64,000 nt of DNA from Terriglobales bacterium (GTDB taxonomy: Bacteria; Acidobacteriota; Terriglobia; Terriglobales; Acidobacteriaceae), in the NCBI GenBank assembly GCA_035496875.1, contig DATJEH010000219.1, forward strand, positions 3,791-67,790, given 5' to 3'. Below are positions 60,193 to 64,000 of the stretch, piece by piece. Numbering within the stretch: position 1 is the stretch's first letter; every line of letters starts with the position of its first letter. The position numbers and the translations under genes were made by a program. The notes under the pieces are model-generated. The model was not told the DNA's origin. It saw nothing but the letters and a program-made list of their open reading frames with translations, and did no database searches.

Positions 60193-61482
60193 CTACCGGC
60201 ATTTGGCAATGATCAGGGTGCGGTCGTCATACTGCTCGCGCGGACTGAACTGGTTCACTTCGTTGACGATGGAAGCGATCAAGAGTCGCGATGGCAGCTC
60301 GCGATGTCGCTGCAGCGATTCGATCAGACGTTCTTCCCCGAATTCCTCGCCCCGGCTGTTGAAGGACTCGGTTACGCCGTCCGTGTACAAGGCAAGCGTA
60401 TCTCCTGAAGATATTGGAACTTCCCGCGTGCAGCACTCCCATTCCGGGAACAGCCCCAGGACCGTGCAGGTAGAGTGGAGGCGCTCCACATCGCCATCCT
60501 GCCGCAAAAGAAGAGCGCAGAGGTGCCCGCAGTTGGCGTAATGCAGCCGCCGCTGAGGTTGGTCGTATTCGGCAAAGATCAACGTGGCATAGGCGTTGTC
60601 AGTCGAATTCTCGTAGAACAGCCGATTCACCATCTGCAGGAAACGCCTAGGTTGGTCGGATGCAATGGCGCACTGGCTGCGCAGGTTCGCTTGCAGGTTG
60701 GCCATGAGAAGAGCAGCGGCGATTCCCTTCCCGGAAATATCCCCAAGCACCAGCCCGAGCCGCTCCCGCCCCAAATCCAGGAAGTCATAGTAGTCGCCGC
60801 CCACCTGCCGTGCCTGGATGCAGATGCCCGAATAATCGAGGGTCGCAAGGGGTGGCAAGATCTGAGGAAACAACCTGGTCTGCACCAGCTTGGCGATTTC
60901 CAATTCCTGAGCCGCCCGGCGCTCCGCTTCTAATTTTGCCGCCGCCGCCCGGCGCTGCTCCTCAACCGCACGGCTCTCCTCGTCGTAGCTCACCAAAGCA
61001 AAGGAGTTTCCGTCGGGGTCCCTGAAATGGGTCATGGCCCCGCCCCACAGCGGCTCCTGCGGTTCCGAAGCAGCTGAGCGCTGGCTCAAATCCAGGGCTG
61101 CTTGGCGTGCATATTTAAGGCGTTTCAGACGCGGCGCGTATTGAAAGCGGACTCCACGCTTGAGCCATTCGCCGTACTTGCCCACAAAGTCGTCGGTGAC
61201 GAAAACCACGTGCAACGAGTGCCCAATCAGGCTGTGCTCTTTAGACTCGGGTTTGGGTGCGACCAGAGACAAGACCGTGCTGCCATCGGGAGGCGCGACC
61301 GCCACCCAGCGCTCGCCCGATTCAAAGCGGACGTCCCCTACCAGACTGAACCCCAACTGGTCCACAAAGAAGCGCAGGCTCACATCCTGATCGTGAACGA
61401 AAACATTGACGGCATGAATGCGAAGATGCGCCGGCTGCGGCTGCGGCGCCCGCTCCTCCGCGCGTGAGGCAGAGCTGCCCAT
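60193..61482 (-). CDS. VOC/glyoxalase-like domain fused to a PP2C (SpoIIE-type) phosphatase
   Basis: IHAVNVFVHDQDVSLRFFVDQLGF...VVFVTDD (VOC-like). GGDYYDF ... LGDISGKG ... YTDGVTES (PP2C). Start set at MGSSAS (61482); 61590 is possible. Confidence 0.8.
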   Translation of the reverse strand: MGSSASRAEERAPQPQPAHLRIHAVNVFVHDQDVSLRFFVDQLGFSLVGDVRFESGERWVAVAPPDGSTVLSLVAPKPESKEHSLIGHSLHVVFVTDDFVGKYGEWLKRGVRFQYAPRLKRLKYARQAALDLSQRSAASEPQEPLWGGAMTHFRDPDGNSFALVSYDEESRAVEEQRRAAAAKLEAERRAAQELEIAKLVQTRLFPQILPPLATLDYSGICIQARQVGGDYYDFLDLGRERLGLVLGDISGKGIAAALLMANLQANLRSQCAIASDQPRRFLQMVNRLFYENSTDNAYATLIFAEYDQPQRRLHYANCGHLCALLLRQDGDVERLHSTCTVLGLFPEWECCTREVPISSGDTLALYTDGVTESFNSRGEEFGEERLIESLQRHRELPSRLLIASIVNEVNQFSPREQYDDRTLIIAKCR

Positions 61483-61590
61483 CCGGGTGATTATAGCCTC
61501 GAACGCCGGCTCGGATGAGGCGCCACCAGCGACCTCCGGAGCTGACTGTTGCTTTGCATCAAGGGAGCAAGCGTGTATGCTTTCGGCCAC

Positions 61591-62880
61591 ATGAAACGGC
61601 GCTGCTTCTGCACACTGTTATTGTTTGCCGCGGCCGGGCTGGCCGCCGGGCAGAACCGCTCTGCCAATTCCGGAGCCTGGTCAGGCACGATCGTGTACAG
61701 CAGCTGCGACGCGGATGAAGCCTTCGCCGAGTCCTCCGAGTGCACCACCAGGGCGCCCGGCGCCAAATTGTCTTTGTATGACGATACCAACCGTGTGATG
61801 TATGGCCTGGAGCCGCAGGCGCCGGCTGCGGGTCACCTGGGGGATAGCGTAACCATTCGCGGAACGCTAGATGGCGATACGATTCGCGTAGCCTCCTTGA
61901 AGCCGATGTCCATCGGATTGGCGGTGGGACAAAAGGCTCCCGCTTTTTCCCTTCCCGACCAGTTTGGGCACACCCAGACGCTCGCTACGCTGAAGGGACG
62001 AAGGGGCACGGTTCTTCTATTTTTCCGTTCCGCCGACTGGTGACCTTTCTGCAAGGGGCAGCTGGTCCAGCTGCAAAGCGCACTCCCACGATTCGAAAAA
62101 AAGGGTATTAAGCTGGCGGCCATCAGCTATGACAGCCAGCAAATTCTCAAATACTTTGCCGGCCGCCACAAGCTGGACTACCCCATGCTGGCCGATCCGG
62201 ACTCCAAAACCATCCGCTCTTATGGCGTTCTCAACCAGGAAGCTACGGGCATGCAGAAGGGCTTTGCCCGCCCAGGATATTTTTTCATTGATAGCAGCGG
62301 CGTGATCCAGGAGAAGTTCTTCGATCCCAAATACCGCGACCGGCTCACAGGAAATGACCTGATTGCCAGGCTCTTCCCGGAATTGGGGCAGGAAGTAACT
62401 GGAAACCTCGAAGCGCCGCATCTTCAGTTGGCGCTCGAACAGTCCGATCGGACCGGGGTGCCCGGAACTCAGATCACGCTGGTTGCGGAAGTGCGCTTGC
62501 CGCCGGACGTACATGTATATGCGCCCGGCGCTCAAGGATACAAACCAATCCAGTTGTTGATTGACTCGCAGCAGGCGATCGAACTCAAGCCGGCGACTTA
62601 TCCGCGGTCAAAAATTCTCTATCTGCCTGCCATCAAGGAGCGGGTGCCGGTGTATGAAGGCATTTTCCGCATCTCGCAGGACATAGAGGTGAACTCCGGC
62701 TCGGCATTCTTTGGTTCTCTGGGCAAGGAAGGAAAGACTATAGTGATCGCGGGAAAGCTGGCCTACCAGGCTTGCGACACCAGAACCTGCTACTTCCCTA
62801 CCTCGGTGCCGGTTAAATGGGACCTGCATGTGTTCCCCCTGGACCGGACCCGCGCGCCTGTGGACATCCGCCACAAATAG
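61591..62880 (+). CDS. secreted redoxin (AhpC/TSA-type thioredoxin fold) + DsbD-alpha-like domain with in-frame TGA (probable selenocysteine) at 62041-62043
   Basis: Track ORFs 61549-62043 and 62185-62880 share one frame with no other stop between them. Readthrough gives VLLFFRSADW-U-PFCKGQLVQLQ...ISYDS...LDYPMLADPD. C-terminal LAYQACDTRTCYFP. Signal peptide MKRRCFCTLLLFAAAGLAAG. Confidence 0.7.
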
Positions 62881-63014
62881 CGCAAACCGGAGCCAAACCA
62901 TCGCTGCCGCGCAGCCGCAAGGCTGGTCTTGCAGCCCGAGCGGTTGTAAACTTCCCGGGCCTGCTACCCGATTGGCTCCTGATTCGTCCCTTTCCTAGAT
63001 GTGAGGAGGCAGCC

Positions 63015-64000
63015 GTGCTCCATATTGGCCAGGACGTTCGCTATGCCTTGCGTACCATGCGCAAGTCTCCAGGGTTTGTGGCGGTTGCGGTCATTACCCT
63101 GGCGCTGGGCATCGGCGCCAACACCGCCATTTTTACCGTGGTCAACGCGGTGTTTTTCAATCCCATCCCGGTGCACGACGCGGAGCATCTGCTCTCCCTG
63201 TTCACCACCGACCAGCGCAACCGCGGTGGCTTCAACAATTTCTTGCCGGTTTCTCATCCCAATGGAGAGGACATCCAGCGCCGGGCGCAGTCCTTTTCCG
63301 GGGTAGCCCTGGAAATCTTCGGCACCGTCAGCATGACCATCAATGGCCACCCTGACACGTTTAACGCCAACCTGGTTTCGGGGAACTACTTCGACGTGCT
63401 GGGAGTCCAAGCCGCCCTGGGGCGCACCTTCCGTCCCGATGAAGACCGTGAAGCCGGCGCCGGTCCCGTCATTGTGCTCAATCACGGCTTCTGGGAACGC
63501 AAATTCGCGGCCAATCCCAATGTGATCGGACAGAACGTGCTGCTCAACGGACAGGGATTCACTATTATCGGCGTCGCTCCCCGCGGCTTTCAGGGCACTG
63601 CCGTGCTGGGCGGCCCCGACATGTGGGTGCCTATGTCCATGCACGACCAGGTTCTCTCCGGCCTCAACAAGGAGTGGTTCAACGACCGCCGTTTCCTGAA
63701 CTCCTTTGCCGTAGCGCGGCTCAAGCCGGGCGTCACGGAAGCGCAGGCCCGTGCTGAATTGCAGGCCCTGGGCTCGGACCTGGAGCGCGAGTTTCCCGTG
63801 CCCAACACGGGACGCAACTTCACGGTGCTCCCCCTGCTGCAATCGGCCATAAACCCAAACCTGCGCGGCCTGTTTACCCGCGCCGGCATGCTGATGATGA
63901 CCGTGGTCGGGCTGGTGCTGCTGATCGCCTGCGCCAACATCGCCAACCTGCTCCTGGCGCGTGCTGCCGGACGCAAACGCGAGATCTCCATTCGATTGGC
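63015..64000 (+). CDS. MacB/FtsX-type ABC permease of the acidobacterial ADOP class, 5' part (runs off the right edge)
   Basis: GAGGAGG SD, GTG start. DVRYALRTMRKSPGFVAVAVITLALGIGANTAIF signature N-terminus, MacB periplasmic domain, ACANIANLLLARAAGRKREISIR. The antisense track ORF 62964-63842 is a shadow. Confidence 0.85.
   Translation, partial: MLHIGQDVRYALRTMRKSPGFVAVAVITLALGIGANTAIFTVVNAVFFNPIPVHDAEHLLSLFTTDQRNRGGFNNFLPVSHPNGEDIQRRAQSFSGVALEIFGTVSMTINGHPDTFNANLVSGNYFDVLGVQAALGRTFRPDEDREAGAGPVIVLNHGFWERKFAANPNVIGQNVLLNGQGFTIIGVAPRGFQGTAVLGGPDMWVPMSMHDQVLSGLNKEWFNDRRFLNSFAVARLKPGVTEAQARAELQALGSDLEREFPVPNTGRNFTVLPLLQSAINPNLRGLFTRAGMLMMTVVGLVLLIACANIANLLLARAAGRKREISIRL

Noticed and set aside
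62041-62043. TGA interpreted as a genuine stop, giving a pseudogene or two separate genes.
   Set aside because: The downstream ORF would begin inside the thioredoxin fold. The frame is otherwise uninterrupted for 430 codons. The TGA replaces exactly the redox Cys and is followed by a SECIS-like hairpin. The pseudogene reading stays possible only if the genome lacks Sec machinery.

Overview
GC-rich bacterial chromosomal segment. Gene content suggests Acidobacteriota (inference): an ADOP/MacB-type permease fragment at the right edge and many GAF/PP2C/sigma-54 signalling proteins. I support about 55 protein-coding genes. They include an RNA-chaperone trio (DEAD-box helicase, CspA, RRM protein) and a lysine/DAP cluster (asd, lysC, dapB, dapA, dapD) interrupted by a GT4 + PIG-L pair. 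There is also a GH15 hydrolase with a solute symporter, a TetR-MFP-RND efflux operon and a DinB protein. A complete kdp locus is present (porin, two micro-peptides including kdpF, kdpABC, kdpE and a split kdpD). The remainder includes a FadB-type enzyme, a sigma-54 activator and a STAS/RsbW-like pair. I found no rRNA, tRNA, CRISPR array, transposase or integrase. Many long ORFs in the track are antisense shadows typical of GC-rich DNA. Most interesting: (1) a three-gene operon (48.8-54.3 kb) in which every protein ends in an HlyD-type membrane-fusion module. One is fused to cytoplasmic GAF repeats and one to a PqqD/RRE-like domain plus an M50 intramembrane protease, and no pump or outer-membrane factor is nearby. 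(2) An in-frame TGA exactly at the first Cys of the W-C-P-F-C redox motif of a secreted redoxin-DsbD-alpha fusion, followed by a hairpin with a GGUC loop, so a probable selenoprotein split in the ORF track. (3) A roughly 255-nt promoter-to-terminator unit with three GNRA-capped hairpins in an ORF-free gap, a candidate structured ncRNA. (4) A Lys/Ala-rich 74-aa protein behind a well-spaced sigma-54 promoter next to the activator. (5) A family of intergenic hairpin elements built from phased 7- or 8-nt words. All product calls rest on motifs read by eye; no database search was run.
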